From: Octopus bimaculoides
Taxonomy: Eukaryota
Length of the DNA: 64,000 nt
Reading direction: 5' to 3'
NCBI RefSeq assembly: GCF_001194135.2
Contig: NC_068984.1
Location: 43,179,728 to 43,243,727 of the forward strand
The notes beneath the pieces are model-generated. The model saw only the letters and a program-made list of their open reading frames with translations, did no database searches and was not told where the DNA came from. Position numbers and translations under genes: made by a program. Positions 26,134 through 41,206 of the stretch are shown piece by piece (positions within the stretch are counted from its first letter, which is position 1; each line of letters opens with the position of its first letter).

Positions 26134-27695
26134 ACATATATATGTATATATACATCATAAGGGTACAGGACATCAAAAAAACGTTAAACACAATGAGAAA
26201 CGAAAACATAGAAAATGTACTTTTTTTCGAACAACGAAAAAAAACAGAGAAATAAGACATGCAACAAAGAATAAACCCCTTCATCAGTTGTCCCTGTTTC
26301 ATCTCTACATTTCAAAGGTAAGTAGTTGCTATTATGCAAAAGTGTTCTAAGTCTGATATGTTGCTTTTTTAGAAAACAAGAAATAGTTCGACCATTCCAT
26401 AGCAAAGTTGTACTACACTTTGACAATTTTTGATACCTTGGCATCTGAAGCAGCTGGAGATATGATAGTTTGACCAAAAGAACCAGCTATTGCAAGCAAA
26501 GATAAATATTGAAAAAAAAGAAAAAAACCCCGCATATGGCCAAATTTGGACAGTTTAACATAATAGCAACTATATATAACATATATATATATATATATAT
26601 ATATAGTGTAGAGTAAGATGCATACACCATCAAACAGTCTACAAGAATTTTCCAAGCTATTAAGCCTTGTGTTTGTAATATTTACAAAATATCTACATAA
26701 TAGTTTCAATCAGTTTCATCTCTAATGATCAGAGCGATCAAAATTTGTTACAAATATGGTATAGATATTACATTTTGAAAGACAAGGTCAATAACTATGG
26801 AAAATCATAATGCTGACAATTCATCGGACAGTTAAGCAATGTTCCAAATTCAAATTATTTGAAACTATTTCAAATCACTTTTGCCCTTCACAATAACCAC
26901 TAAGGGAAGTTTTGGGTTTAGATAATGCTATTTTAGTTGCTCCACTAAGTCTTAGTTAAAAAAGATATCTACTTCAATGAAAAACTAACCAGTTACCGTT
27001 TCTTTTCTCTTAGTTGGCTCTCCCACTTCCATCTCCATATTAATTCTAAACTAAGAAATGTAGACATTAAGCCACTAGTACCAACCTGGTTTTAAGCCAA
27101 CATTTTCCCCATAGTCAAGCACATCTAGTATCATAAGCCAGTGAGGAAGCTAGTGTGGTCTCACAATTTACTAGAAATAACAGTCAAATTTCCCCCAAAC
27201 AACATTGTCTTAGAAAAATGAAGAGCATTTGAAAAATGTAATCCTGCAAATACAATGCATGGAAAAAAAAAGTGGGGCTGGTCATGAATGGAATGTCTTT
27301 AATAGATCAGTTTGTCCAGGAATGACTTCTGGTTAAGGAACAATATATTAACAAGTTAATTTTAATAAATCTACACGAAGTTCACCCCAAAATTATAGCT
27401 CATAACCTTTCATTTACCAGTAAAATAGACTCATTTGCAGACTACTGTGCTATTTGGGAAATTGGGAATGTTAGAAAATCATTTCCAACAAGTCCAGTGG
27501 TTGTCAGAATTAATAGCATTTGATAAAATACCTTGATGCCTTCTGATGAATCCTCCTCCAGTTTGAACAATAAGCATTTAGTTATTTAATCAACTGAACC
27601 TGCAAGTGGTTGAGTATTCCACAGATAATATACCCTTAATGTTATTCCACAAATGAAATCAGCATGATGCAATGTGACCAAGCTGGACCTTTGAA

Positions 27696-27870
27696 TTAAC
27701 CCTTTACCATTTAAAACAGCCATATCTGGCCTCAACAACCCTACAATACCATTTTAAAAATTAAGTTATAGACATCAAAATCTCAAAGCTACAAAATAAT
27801 GCATGATTAATTAAACTGTGAATAAACAAACATTACATTTGACAGAGTAATCTGTATACCAAAAGGTTAA
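27696..27870 (-). mobile_element. piggyBac-type MITE, same family
   Basis: TTAA-CCCTTTACCATTT ... AAAAGG-TTAA. The body is the reverse complement of the 47130 and 6739 copies (shared ACATTTGACAGA and TCTCAAAGCTAC motifs). Confidence 0.7.
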
Positions 27871-30800
27871 AGCGCAATCCAACTGACACTGACAGGCTTC
27901 CAAACAGCTACCAAATTTCACTCCCAAAGCTTAGGGGTCAACTCTAGGTTATTGTAAAGACAAGGCCAAGATGCTGTGCTGTGGGATCAAAGCCAGAAAC
28001 TCACAAGAGAACTTAGTCCCTTGGCTATACCTGTATCCAACATTTAGTTATCACTCTTTAAATTCAAATTCTATTGGAGGATACTTTTGTTCAGCCTAAC
28101 GCTGTAGTCAAATTCTATAGCCTTGTGCCATAATGATATAATTAATTTACAGATATTAGATATGATATAAACAGCATAGCTAGACTAAACATCTGCTATG
28201 GGCCTTCATCTTTGAGTACTCATCTCTAGAGGGCAAATATTTTCATTTCACTAAGCCAATATATTGAACAGATAAATTAACTATAAATATTCATTCAGAA
28301 AACAAAAAATATTGGGGGATGGGGTGGGGTGGAGAGATAGATTAGAGTGCTTAAGAAAAATCAATAATATTGATTCCTCCTATCAAGCAGTATTATTTGA
28401 ATATGAAAGTACATTTAAACCCTAATTTGATATTTGTGGGAAATTGTGATTAAAAAGAAATACATCTTTCATTTACGAACATTATATAAAATTCATTCCC
28501 ATTTATATTAAATAATTCAAGTATGAAAGCTAAGAATTAAGAAAAAAACAAAAAAAACTATGAAGCCAAGTGAATTTGCTACAAATCTTTCACAGCAAGA
28601 TTCTTACTGGTCAATAAAACAAAATAACTGAAGCAGATTTTCAGCCTTTTTGGAACCTGATTTGGATCAATAAGAAATAATTCCCTACCAGCACCAACCT
28701 CAATGTAGCAATCATTGGGACTTTAATGGCAAAAATCTCTTCAACTTAACAGATCGCTACCAGAAGACAACCATCACTAATGCTTTCTGAAGAAAGAGCC
28801 AAAATAAACAGAACTTGCAAGCAGACCAAACTTATCTCAAGTGAGTAGGCAGCATAATATTACTTGCAAGTAGCAACAACAACCTTGATAAACTAGGCTG
28901 GCAGAAAACATTCTCAAGTGACAATATTGAAATCAAAATAAGCATCTGTTCATCTACCCTATTTTCCAGTGTCAGCTGCTGCAACAATCTCAGCCTCTTC
29001 CTTGCTTCATTCCCCTATCATGTCATCATTAATACTAGGTTATGGGCTTTGCAGCCAATTCTGGTGTCATTTAGAAATATCCTGTGCGTGCGTGCGTGCG
29101 CGCGTGTGTTAATGTTGCAAATACCATGTATATAGTGAGTCTAAAATTGCCTTTGACATCTCACTGATGGGAAAGAAACTAGGAATTAAGAATTTTCATT
29201 TCATCCACATATGAACACTTCATTACAAATACGGTTTCTTTAATGCTGACATAAATTAATTGGGTCTGCTCAGCTACATCCATCAACCAGCTATGCAAAA
29301 AACAGAGAAAGAGACACATAAAAAAAAAAAAACGATCAACTTGTAAAAGGAAATCAGAATATTTGCAAAGTCAGTCGACTTTTAGAAGTATAAATACTTA
29401 CGAGGAACAGAGACAAGAGATTGGGAAGAGGAATAGATAGTGCAATCCTGAACTCATTTAAATAGCAAGAAGGGACACTACATTTGTGAAAAGGAACTGT
29501 CAATTTATCTTAACATTGCCAGTGCGAAATATGACTTTTTGAAGGTTCACATTCACAACAGCTCAAGTGAGCATTGCTTAAAAGTTGTAAAGAGTTTTCT
29601 GTAAGTAGTAATAGCAATCAAAATATACACATAACACACCTCTATAAATGTGAAAGGGCTCTGCTGCTAAAAAACTTTAGCACTTTCAAGTTAAGGACAT
29701 ATAGAGTTACTATGCAACATACAATTTAAACAGCAATGCTGTTTATGTTATGCCACAACATAAAACATGAGTGACATATCACTAAGTTATTCTAGTTATT
29801 TTGTGAACACTTACAGTGAAAGCCTCTGGCTTGCTTTATTGGCTATTATAAGTTCGCAACAGTGCTGGCTTCATATTCTTTCTCTCGATTAATAACCTAC
29901 TCACTGATACTTCTAGTCAGACATCCATATCCTTGAATACAAATCTTGATATTTTCACTGAAATGAAACCTGTAAGTAGATACAGCATTTTCTCCCATAC
30001 ATGCAACAGTAAATCTTTGCTAGTCAAGTACAACACATAGCTAAAACCATTATACTGCCTTAAAACTCCTAAACATTCAGGACATTTACACAACTCTGAC
30101 AAGCATAAAAAGCACATGTGCAAAAATAGCAGTAGTATCAATAACTTCAAGGGCTGCAAACATTGCATTGTAAAGTACACCAAAAATATAATGAACACCA
30201 ATTGTCAACTAATAGGCACATCTCTGCTGTACCAACAACTAGAATCTATAGGCATACAGAAATAGTGTGTCCAACGTGGTCATACCATCACATTGAACCC
30301 AATACAATAAACTAATGAAGATTGCACAATATGGTCCTCTGCAAGAGAGGAGCATGGTATTAAAACATTCAGCATTCCAGTTATAAGTTTGTTCTGCTAA
30401 CCACCCTGTGTGACCTAGGTCTTCTTAACCAAAGTTGACCTGAGTAACAACATGTACATCATTAATTCTCATTGCAATTCCCCCTTGGCAAATTAGAAAG
30501 TTACTGTTTGGCCTTGAGAAATCTTTAGTGAACAATTACTTTCTAATATGCTTACATTTGTGCACCAAACATTATTACTGTAAACCTATTATTCTGCTTT
30601 TACCCGAAGCTGTTACCTAGACAGAGAATGTTGCCTGCTAACTGGCTGGTAGCAAATACAATAACAAAAAAAAAAAAAAAATTCAAATACTAAGCCTTAA
30701 AATCCCTGACTGACTTTAGCAACAGGTTGTTTCAAAAGCAGAAAAATATGTCAATCCTAAACAATTATACAAAGGGAGGTCAAAGGAAAAGGATTGCCAC

Positions 30801-32979
30801 TCTTCAGGCTATATTAAGCTTATTAAACTAAACTATAATTCATGTCTGATGCAGGCCACCGACCTTACAAAAATACACTACAGATGCATGAAGAAACAAG
30901 CCATCCACCTGGTCGGTAGACATTCATTTACTGCTAACCAATTGGCTGTTTCCTATTTATACCCACCTATCATCTCTTCTACAACAACTACAGTACACCA
31001 CCTCTGCCTAAATATTCCCATTATGCCCACCTATCCTCCTTTACTCTTACTATAAATAGCCTACATCATAGAATGACCACCACCAGGTAGTGTAGCCATA
31101 TGAAAATAGACAGCAAAACAAGGAAAATAGATGTCCACTGTCACAATATATCATACATGTAACTACCAAGAAGCCTCCACATAGTCGATCAACCAGAAAT
31201 ATTAGCAAATTCCCTCGAATTACATGCTGCTCTTTTAAAAAGCGAGAATGCAGTTTTTGATAATGCCTATAAAAAAAAAAAATAAATAAACAGACGGGTT
31301 GGACTTTGAACATAGCTGACTGAGACTAAACAAGAACTATAAAGAAAATGTAAACAAAAAATAGAACATTGAAGTCGAAAGTATTTAATAAAGAAAAAGA
31401 ATAAAATCAATGAAAATTAAATATACCAAACAGAATAAATTAATAGAAAGCATTCGAAAATAGAAGAAATGCTTATTGGCAAACAGAAAATAGCAATGAA
31501 TGCAGTCAGCCTGACACTTCCACTACAACTAAACAATAGGACAAACCAGCACTAAGTATATTTTGTAAACAACACCACCAACATCAATAACAGCAGCAGC
31601 AGGTATTTGAAGTTTGGGATTGGACATAATCAGTATATCATTGTCCAACAGATTTCCTGTCTTTTAACAACAATACATAGGCCAACCATACAATTGTTGC
31701 CGCCACTATGAAGTATAAAATGGTTGTGTTGTTGATTGTACGTAATGCAGCAGACCTGGTCGGTCAGTCAGTCAGTCATTAATAAAAGGAAAAATGTTTG
31801 GGATGTGTGCCCAAACAAAAAAGATCAGATAAAGTTACAGAAAAAAAAAATTCAAGTGAAAATTTCAAGGAAAGCACTTGTAAGGTATCTTGACACAAAA
31901 AATAAAATAAAATGCACTCACACATTTACAGAAAAGGCTCTTTTAGCATCATAAAAAGATAGACATTTTAACTGATTATGCCACAATAATTTGCATGAGA
32001 GAGTGCAAATGAACCAAGACGGCATCTTCACATTGAAAGACATCACATGCAGGTGATAGATGTGCAATGTACTGCAAATGGACAACATCTGCTGAGTGAA
32101 ATGTGCCATGCTGACAATGGAAGCTATGTATGGTAAAAAGAAAACAAGCAATAGTGATGTCATGTCTCACAGTGTCAGCTCCAACAAGAAAGGTGACCTA
32201 ACTGTAATGAGTGGCATCATGCTCTATTGCAGACTCATCTAACCCCAACAAGTATGGAAAATAAATTAAAATAACAACCATAATGATAGTAATGATAAAT
32301 AACAAAAAAACAATGTCAATACCATTTCTTATTTCTTCCCTATTAAATTTACATGTTCACTCCTTAACTTGATCTCCAGAGTAAATTCAACAACTATACA
32401 CAATATTTTAGAGATTCTCTTATACCAGAACCATTAGTATTACTTTAAACTCGTGTTATTTCTAATTCTTATGAATTAATTTGTTCTTTAATTCCATTTC
32501 AGTCAGAAGGTATTAAATAAGTTCAGTTTTAATCCTCATACCCAAATTTCCATGAAGGCAGGTGTGTAATACATTCGGCTCTCAGTAACATTATAAATTT
32601 AAGTCTCAAATTCCATTCAATTACAAACTCATTCTATGCAAACTTTGCTAAGTAAATTTCTCCCATGATATTCAGAATAACATGTTTACAGCATTGTAAT
32701 GAGGTCTTTCTGATATCAAAAACAAGGAACTTTTTGGAACATCTCTCCCATCACAAAGAATGATCAGCAGACAATGCTTAAACCATGCCAAACAACGTTT
32801 TGGCTGCCAATAGTCTTTTTCAACTATTTCTCAAGTGCTCATTATTATTAGTTTATAATTTCAACCATGAGTTAAATAATACAGAATTCATTAGACAGAA
32901 GTAATACAAAATCCTGGAGTTGAATCAAAGGGGAGGAAACAAAATACTTGAAATACTTTTTCCTAATCTAAAAAGTCAG

Positions 32980-33260
32980 TAAGAAGTTTGCTTCCAAACC
33001 ACAGTCCCACTGCATGGCACCATGGACAAGTGTCTTCTACAATAGCCTTGGGCTGACCGATGCCTTGTGAGTGGACTTAGTAGACAGAAACTGAAGAGCA
33101 TGTGTGACCACCACTTAGCACCACTTAATGGTTCAACAAACAAGACTGATAGAATAAGTGCCAGGCTTTAAAGTATTGGAGGTTGATTTGTTTGACTAAA
33201 TCCTTCAGGGTGGTGCCCCTGCATGGCTGAAGTCATGACTAAAATATCAAACATCCATTT
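32980..33260 (+). mobile_element. Family A SINE head plus second SINE segment
   Basis: GTAAGAAGTTTGCTTCC..CAGTCCCACTGCATGGCACCATGGACAAGTGTCTTCTAC..GCCTTGTGAGTGGACTT, followed by GATAGAATAAGTGCCAGG..GGTGGTGCCCCTGCATGGC. Confidence 0.7.
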
Positions 33261-34210
33261 TCCATGCAGGCAAGCAAAGAGCTGCACCAAGTTCCACTGG
33301 TTTTTTGTGGCTAGATGCCCCTCCTCACACCAACAACTTTACAGACTGGACTGGGTGATTTTCACAGGACACCAGCACCAGCTGAAGTCCATCTTGGCAG
33401 GATTTTTTTTTTTTTTACAGCAGGATGCTCTTTCAAATACCATCCACTTTACAGTGTGGACTGGGTACTTTTGTTTTTAAGTGTTACCAGCAAGGTCACC
33501 AAGTAACTTGCAAGACAAAGATCCTTTGAGAATGGGGAGTACTGGAAGTGGTGGCTTCCTGCTTGGTGGAGAGAGAGATTAGAGTATGATACAAGGACAG
33601 AAGCAAGTGTCTTGCTGTAGAAAAGATACATGGTCACCACAGTTGGAGAGAGGAGAGATCAAGAATGAGAGAAAGCAAGATATGCATTAATTCAATGAGG
33701 AGTAATTTTTGAATAATAGTAAATTTAATCTAGTATATATATATATATATATATATATAACAAATAACATGACAAATCTGATCTTATCCCACTTCCCATT
33801 AAGTGACATTACATTTGTCATAACACTAAATATATTCATCTACATACACAGTATTGAATGAAAAAGAGTTATTACCTAATAAAGACATTGATTCTACACA
33901 GGCACTTGATCTGCTAAAAATAGAAGTCAAGTCTCCATTATACCCACCATCTTTAAAAAACAAAAATAGGAGTCATAATGACTAATGTGGTCCTATGCAT
34001 AAAAAAAAAAAAAAAACAATGAAATGGACAATTTAAACACCGATCATTGGTTGTCTCGGCCAGGGCCGACATAGGATTAAGCAATGACTAAGCCTCTTCC
34101 TCTTTTTCACCCTCATAAAGGGACTTACAAACACTAATGTTTTTCAATAGAATGTTGTTTGTGTTTAATTTTTGTTTTTCTGAAAATTACAATGGAAGTT
34201 CACTTTGAAA

Positions 34211-34241
<31 letters not shown>

Positions 34242-35929
34242 TAAGTCACTAAAACAATGATATTTTTATCAAATTATCCACTCAGAACAAATATTGGCAT
34301 ACATTTAATCTTGCTTTGAATGATTAACTGGAAGCAAAAATAAAAATTATGACCCAGTTTCAATATGCCTGAATGTTTCATTTAGAGCATAGGATATAAT
34401 GATGATGCCTTGCTCAGCTTATCTATAAATCCAAAGCTTTACATGTCAATGTCATAAATCAATTATCCATGTACTCAGAAATATTGTGCAAAATCTAAAC
34501 ACGTGACCCGTTTTTTTTGTTTTTTTAGGATGGTGGCATTATGATTTACAACTCTGGTTTGGCATATTTTGAAATCCTATTAGTAACTAACATTTAAAAT
34601 TGTTTATTTATAGGATACAAGATTTGAAATGTAAGAAAGGATGCATGCATATACAACATGCCTGTCTTCAAAAACAAATCTGTGCCAAGTTAAAAATTAA
34701 GAAACTAACGATATACATATCTAAAACCAATATCTGTAGAGGAAGAGAGACGATTAATTGAATCCTTTACAGTATGGAAAGGGTTAAAATAAAGTCAACC
34801 TAAGCAGGATCTGAACATGGAATTGACAGACAAAACTAAGTATTTTTAAGACGGTAAGATAAGCTTAGGTGTCTCTCACAAGCAGGACTTGATAGTTTAC
34901 TTTCAACTACATAGTAACCTTTTTTAGGCAAAGTGTAGCACAGGTGCCTTTTTGGCCCTCTTACCATTAACTTGGCAGAATATCAAGAATCTGATGTTTG
35001 GAAGTTAAGAGATGTGCACCAGCAGGCAGCAGATACTTATTTTCAGTTGAGTTGACTAAAACAACATGAAATGATGTACCTTGATCAAGGACATGATGCA
35101 TTCCCAGCCCAGGAATCTAGTCCATGACTTTACAACTATGAGCTCAACACTAACCTCTAAGCCACTGAGACTAGTTTGAAACAGATGTAAGGTAGACTTA
35201 CAGATGCATCATCATTTAATGTAAATACTGGCAGTTGTTGGACAGTCAGACAAGAATACAATGGGTCCCAGGAAGTGCATCATGCTCCTGTATGTTTTGG
35301 TATGGTTTCTGGGGCTAGATGCTCTTCCTAACACCAACCACTTTACAGTGTGCACTGAATGCTTTTTTCTTTTTAATCACCAGCTATCAAGTGTCACTAC
35401 ATAGCTTGCATGTCTACAAAATCCAAGGTGGAGTGCATCCTTATGCCAGATACAGGTTAGGTATGAAAGAAAAGGTTAGGGTAAAGCCAGAAGAGATTGG
35501 GACACAGCTCTATGTGGCTAAGCCACTGTTTTTATCTGTTTCTCTGCTCTGTGACCAGGAAAACAAAATCAGCCTGGCCAGCTTCAAAATTTTTTACCAT
35601 ATTTTTCAATCATAGAAAGAAAGAAATAAAAATCAGTTTAACCAGGATGTTTACTTTGCAGTGATGCTGAAAGTACGCTAATCAAAACCATAAGTATCTT
35701 ACATTTCTATTAATTATCTTACATTTTCTATTTTTAAAATATTCTGTGTAGTTTTTGTTAACTTAGTTCAATCAGTCCATTGTCCAAACCAGCAGTTCTT
35801 TAACTGATGAATACCAGCTGCACCAGCCAATAAAAAATAGTGAATTTTTCTGCCCTATCCCCTCTTTATTAATGAAGCAGAATAAAGTTTTATAGGCTGT
35901 GTGATCATGATGACTGCTTCCCAGCCCAG

Positions 35930-36300
35930 TGTGGCACTTCAAGAAAGTGTCTTGTTATAGACATGTTTACTAAAGCCTTGCGAGTGGACTTGGATAGATG
36001 GAAACTGAAAGATGCTTACTGTATGTGTGTATGTACATGTGAGAGAGAGAGAAAGAGAGCTTATATCTCTCTTATCTTGTGCATTTGCTGATTGTAAATG
36101 GCTGGCTAACAATGTCATTTGCTTGCAGTCCACTGTGAAAGGATATCAGGGCTTCTTGACAAGGCTCATTCAAAAAGTGTTGTTTGTTTTCAGTCTTCTG
36201 CATTACCAATCTGGTCTGTTTGTTCAGACTGGCAGAATATTGTTACAATTGGAAATATGTGGGGGTGGATGACATCGGACATCAAGCTGCAACAATATAC
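35930..36300 (+). mobile_element. Family A SINE copy (decayed)
   Basis: GTGGCAC..AAGTGTCTTG..AAAGCCTTGCGAGTGGACTTGG..GGAAACTGAAAGA, then a (TG)/(GA) microsatellite; tail GACATCAAGC. Confidence 0.55.
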
Positions 36301-36986
36301 TTTGTCTGACCCATGCAAGCATGGAAAAGTAGGCATTAAAAAGGTAACTTTATCACAGTATTGGGCAAGTTTAACATTTTTACTAAACAGTAATTTGTCT
36401 ACAGTCTTTTCAATCTTCATGCCTACCCAATTCTATAAGGAACTCTAGCCCTATCACTCTGGATTTAGACAAATTATATAAATTCCCCTGTTTAATTTCT
36501 AAGATGAATTAAATTCTGTTGCAGTTATCACATCTATAATACACAACACACACCCATAACACTTGCTTTATCATTTCTAAAATATGCAATCTTAAATTTC
36601 TAGACAGACACTATTTTCATTTTAAGATTATCTAAATTTTATTCACCTACATCAGGTTTTTTTTTTTTACCCTTTTGCTCTACACAACTGCTTTATTGAA
36701 ATAACATTTTCTTATTTAAATGTCTGAGTTAACAGTGTGACAGTGCAATACAGTATTGACATTGTTTGAATGCAGACATACAAGTGTTTTTGTTAGCTTA
36801 CAGTGCAAGGCTTAAAGCTTTCTATTGGCAGCTAAATAGGAAATTTTATACACCAGTATTAGTATTATTGCTGTTATTATTCCTTGCAATTAATAGCTTT
36901 TATTTATTGCCACGTCATCATCCCAAGACATAGGTCAAGTGAAGATATGATGAGTGCTATAGATTACACATGGAAAGTGAACAATA

Positions 36987-37205
36987 TACGATGGAGTGCT
37001 GAAAAGTTCCTGGCTTTGGGTAAAAGAAAATTCAGGAGGATCAGTTATAATTTTATTGAACATATTCCGCTCTCAGATTCACATACTTATTGCAGCAGTC
37101 CTTCAGTTATTCTAAGTCCTGTAAAAGAACTTGGAAGGTTGTGTCTCAAACCAAGCCTGTTGCAATATACCCTTAAAGCTAGGAACTTTTCAGCAGCACC
37201 TCATA
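36987..37205. mobile_element. Mariner-type MITE
   Basis: TA-CGATGGAGTGCTGAAAAGTTCCTGGCTTT ... AAAGCTAGGAACTTTTCAGCAGCACCTCA-TA: about 29-bp TIRs sharing a nearly exact GCTGAAAAGTTCCT(G/A)GCTTT core, with a TA TSD. It explains much of ORF 36884-37246. Confidence 0.8.
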
Positions 37206-40139
37206 ATGAATATATAACTAAAATACATTTTGAACAGAAACAGTAAAATGCTGCACTCTTAAGGGTTCCAAGTTGAAATCCTGCCAAATTGACAATTACA
37301 TTCCTCCAAGGTCGATAGAATAAGTACTAGAAAAATTTGGGGCCTAAAACAAAAAAGAAAATCAAATACTTCCCACATAAATGGCATTGTGCCAAAGTTA
37401 ACAATCCTCATTTAAGACACACCAAAACTGGTGAGAAGTATTTATCATAATGCAAGATCATTTATCATAACAAAACTTGTATTTAAGTAAGGTACAAATT
37501 AAAAACAAAAATTTTATTTCATAAGCAGGGCCTTATTGATTGTCACAAATCATCATCTTAGAGATGGAACTCTAGATTTGAAAAAGCAGAGTTTTATTAC
37601 AAGTACCAATCTTATTTGATGTCTGCTAACCACAGAGGTAGATTTCAAGTCAAAGTTTAAGGTTGACCAATATTTTGTGAGCAGAATCTGGTAGACAAAA
37701 ACCATTTAGAGTTTGAGAGATCACCAGTCTCACAGATGGACCAGTGTATATATGAAGAGATTTATTACAAATGTTAATTTCATTTGTCTACTAATCTCAG
37801 ATTTATTTCAGGCCCCTACATTATTTTTAGTAAATTCTCAATAGAAATAGTGAAATAGTGACAATAAGATGTAAGCAGTGCTGATGTTATAGATATACCA
37901 CAAATGACTGGTGTGAGTATTTTTATTCTACTTTTTAACAATTCAATAACAAATTTCAGAAATTCAAAGAAATGTAAAACCTAGCCTTTACTCTTTCTAA
38001 TGAACATTTTCAGAACTGACTGATCATCCTGGGAAGAAAGTTTTAAAATGATTTACATAAAGCGCATAAGCACCATATCAGTTAAATCAAAAATTAGATA
38101 ATGCATTTGGGGTAGATTATGGACTAACCTCACTTGAACTAGTGTGGTGCAGAGTGAAGAATTACAACAAATTCACACCCAATTTACCAGAAAGAAGGAA
38201 ATGTCAGCTTAGAAGTCTAACCTAAAGACAACATCTATGGGAAAACATTGAGCTTTGGACATTGAAACATAATCAGATGTAGCATATCATTCAAGGAATA
38301 TTTATATGCACATTTAGAGGCATTTAATTAAATTCCACAGCAGCCAACATATTGAAATATAATATAATATTAAAAAACAATATCAGAAATGTGATAGCAT
38401 CCAGGCCAAATACCAATTTACTTTATAGAATGTCAAAGTGTGAACTCTAACCTAACTACTGCCATTTCCACAACCGAAACTTAATACCATCTTAAACAGA
38501 TGATAAAGTGTCGTATTACTTAAAATTGACAGTTAAGTAAACATATGTTCACAAGATTTTAAATTCCAAAAGTTAAAGGCAATTTTTGTATCGTAGAATA
38601 TCAGCTTTGAGATGATGTAGGCTGGTGATTAAAAGAAGTTCCAATAATGCCTATCCCATATCTTTGTTTAGTAATAGTGTACTTAGGACTATTTTACCCA
38701 ATGTGTTTAAGATGGTAGGGTATGATTTTAGAATTTCAATATTTCTAGTAGACTGAGTTACCCTGTAGAAGCCCCCTTGTTGACATTATATAAAGTAACT
38801 TTTGCTACTCCAAATTTCCTTATTAACCCTTTTGATACTATACTCCTGGTGCAATATCCAAACTTCTTGTCTTAAACTGATCTATACGGAGATCTTCCAT
38901 TGAGATTTCATGTTGATTTATGTTCCAAATAGTTTTATGAAGAAAAAGTTCACAAAATTCATTACTTTCAAAAAATTAATTGAAATGAAGGCTGTTTATT
39001 TCACGAGAAATATTGTAACCAAATTATTAAGAGCATATTGAATAGCAGAATTGATAGAGTGCCAAACAAAAAAAACCCATGGAAGTTAGATTGCATGCAA
39101 TATCAAGTTCAAAAACCCCCATGAGGGTAATTTTGCCTTTCATCTCTCCTATATTAATAAAATAAGGAACTAGTCAAATAGTAGGGTTGATTGCACTATA
39201 CTCTTCTTCCAAAATGTGTAATTTTTTCTACTTATGTCAGCCTTTTTTCTTTTCTTTTAGTTGCTAACTCTTGAAGGGGCAGTGCCCTTTAACAGGACCT
39301 TTGCAAACCTACTAAGACTAGTGAACTTGATACTGTCAATGTTCCATTTAAATTGTTGCAGATTAACATCTGCAGGTAAGACATTGACAAGAGTATTCCA
39401 GAGGACTGGTATTTTGGGGAGGAAGGGCTGGATTATATAGCAACAATGCAGAAATAGTGGAGTTTAGACAACAAAAGTGATGAGTATGGGAAGAGGAATA
39501 AGCCAGTGGGTATCTGAGTGGTGGCAGTACAAAACAAGCCAACTGAGGAACAGAAATCATTGAAGTAGCAATAGAAAAGGCATGGGCGATGGATGCCAGT
39601 ATTACAGGAGAAATAATACCATACAGTATTTTATTAAGTCTCTTTACAACTTGTGTTTATAGACACAAGTATGACTAATTAAAAAAATTCACTTTATAAC
39701 CACATGATCCTTGGTCCAATCCTACTGTGCAAAGCCACAAACAAAGCACTTCGAGTACAGCTTTTAGTTGATCGATGATTTTAAGCGGACTTTTGATAAG
39801 CGGAAACTGTGCACTTACAATCTAAAAAATTAACCACTGTAGTTTAGCACTTAAACCAGTCATATCAGGTCAACCTATTCTTGTTTTATGCTGTAACTGG
39901 TTACATGAGCATGGCCTCTCATACCTACAGCTTGATGCATGCTTAATTCAAAACAATGAAGAAATAAGCATTACATTTGATAGAATAACCTGAATGCTAA
40001 TGGGTCAATGCCTTATTTCCCATAAATCAGAAATTTGACAAACAGTATTGATATGACCAAACTACCCAGCAAAAGTAAGGTCCAATGACTAAAACTAATA
40101 AAACACACACTTTGCATTCATTTTTCCATGCTAACATGG

Positions 40140-40400
40140 GTTGGACTTTTATATTTCAGCTTAGCATATTGCCATTTGTCTCAATACTTTGTCTTCTTCC
40201 ACTTGCAAAGTTTAGCATTTTCACCTATCATCCTTCATACGCATCATGTGCCCAAACCAACCATCATCTTCGTTACATACAACAACTGATATCTTTAGAG
40301 GCTAGTTTATCTTTCGGCATCCCCTATGCTCAGTCATTCATACCTGCTGATATTCCATATCTGATAAAGCAAGCTTGCTCCATTTCTTCCCAGACTGGAT
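40140..40400 (-). mobile_element. RTE-clade LINE ORF C-terminal relic
   Basis: The minus strand encodes KDKLASKDISCCM*RR..GWFGHMMRMKDDR*KC*TLQVE. WFGHMMRM at 40236-40259 is the RTE C-terminal W.GHV.R motif. It underlies spurious ORF 40085-40513. Confidence 0.65.
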
Positions 40401-40782
40401 TTTACCAAAAAAAAAAAAATAATAATAATTTTTCCCTATTCTACCATCAAAAAATTAAGAACATCGGTATTCAAGTGGGGAAATACAATCCATTCCAGTC
40501 AATGTTGATGTAACTGAAAAATAAAATCTACAAGGGTGTGTAACAGAATTTTTAGGCTGTAATATAGAACCTGGACCCCACCCAAAGCTAGGTACATGAA
40601 GTATATTTCTAATAAGTGAAGAATAGGGAAGGGGAGAGGCACTGAACCAGCAGACAAAAAATATTTTGCAGTATTTAATTTCCTTCATCTTTGGTTCAAA
40701 TCTGTCTTTTGCATTTTCAGAAACGAAGTTGACTACGACTATCCTTCAGTAGACTTTTTGCATTTGTAACATTATTATTATT

Positions 40783-41206
40783 AAGGCGGCAAGTAGGTAG
40801 AATTGTTAGTATATTGGACAAAATGCTTATTAGCATTTCTTCTAGCTCTTTGCACACAGTTCAAATTCTGTCAAGGCCAACTTAGCCTTTCATCATTCTG
40901 AGGTTGATAAAATAAGTACCAGTTGAATACGGAAGTTAATGAAGCAACATCCTTCCCCACCCTAAAATTGCTGGCCTTATGCCAAAATCGTGAAGCCATT
41001 ATTATTACTAGTAAGGCAGCAAGCTGGCAGAATTGTCAACATCCTAGACAAAATGATCAACAGCATCTCATCTACATGTTCCAAAATTCTGCCACAATTG
41101 ACATTGCCTTTCATCCTTTTGGAGCCAATTAAGTACCAATTGAGTACAGGGGTTAATATAATTAGCCCCCCTCCCAAAATTTCAGGCCTTGCACCAATAG
41201 TAGAAA
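40783..41206 (+). mobile_element. Head-to-tail dimer of family C SINEs
   Basis: Two units start AAGGCGGCAAG (40783) and AAGGCAGCAAG (41013). Each is preceded by (ATT)n and contains GCCTTTCATC..AAGTACCA.TTGA and the 3' segment CCCCAC/CTCCCAAAATT..GGCCTT. Confidence 0.7.

Noticed and set aside
26160-26300. CTGATGA motif on the minus strand as a hammerhead ribozyme
   Set aside because: No stem II closing into GAAA downstream, and the upstream GAAAC is only about 9 nt away. The segment may still be a repeat fragment.
25890-26350. 150-aa ORF and neighbours with YIYI/HICT repeats
   Set aside because: Translations of (AT)n and the compound minisatellite.
31918-32230. GC-richer, coding-looking stretch with overlapping ORFs
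   Set aside because: Stops in all plausible frames, no recognisable domain, and no splice-site pair.
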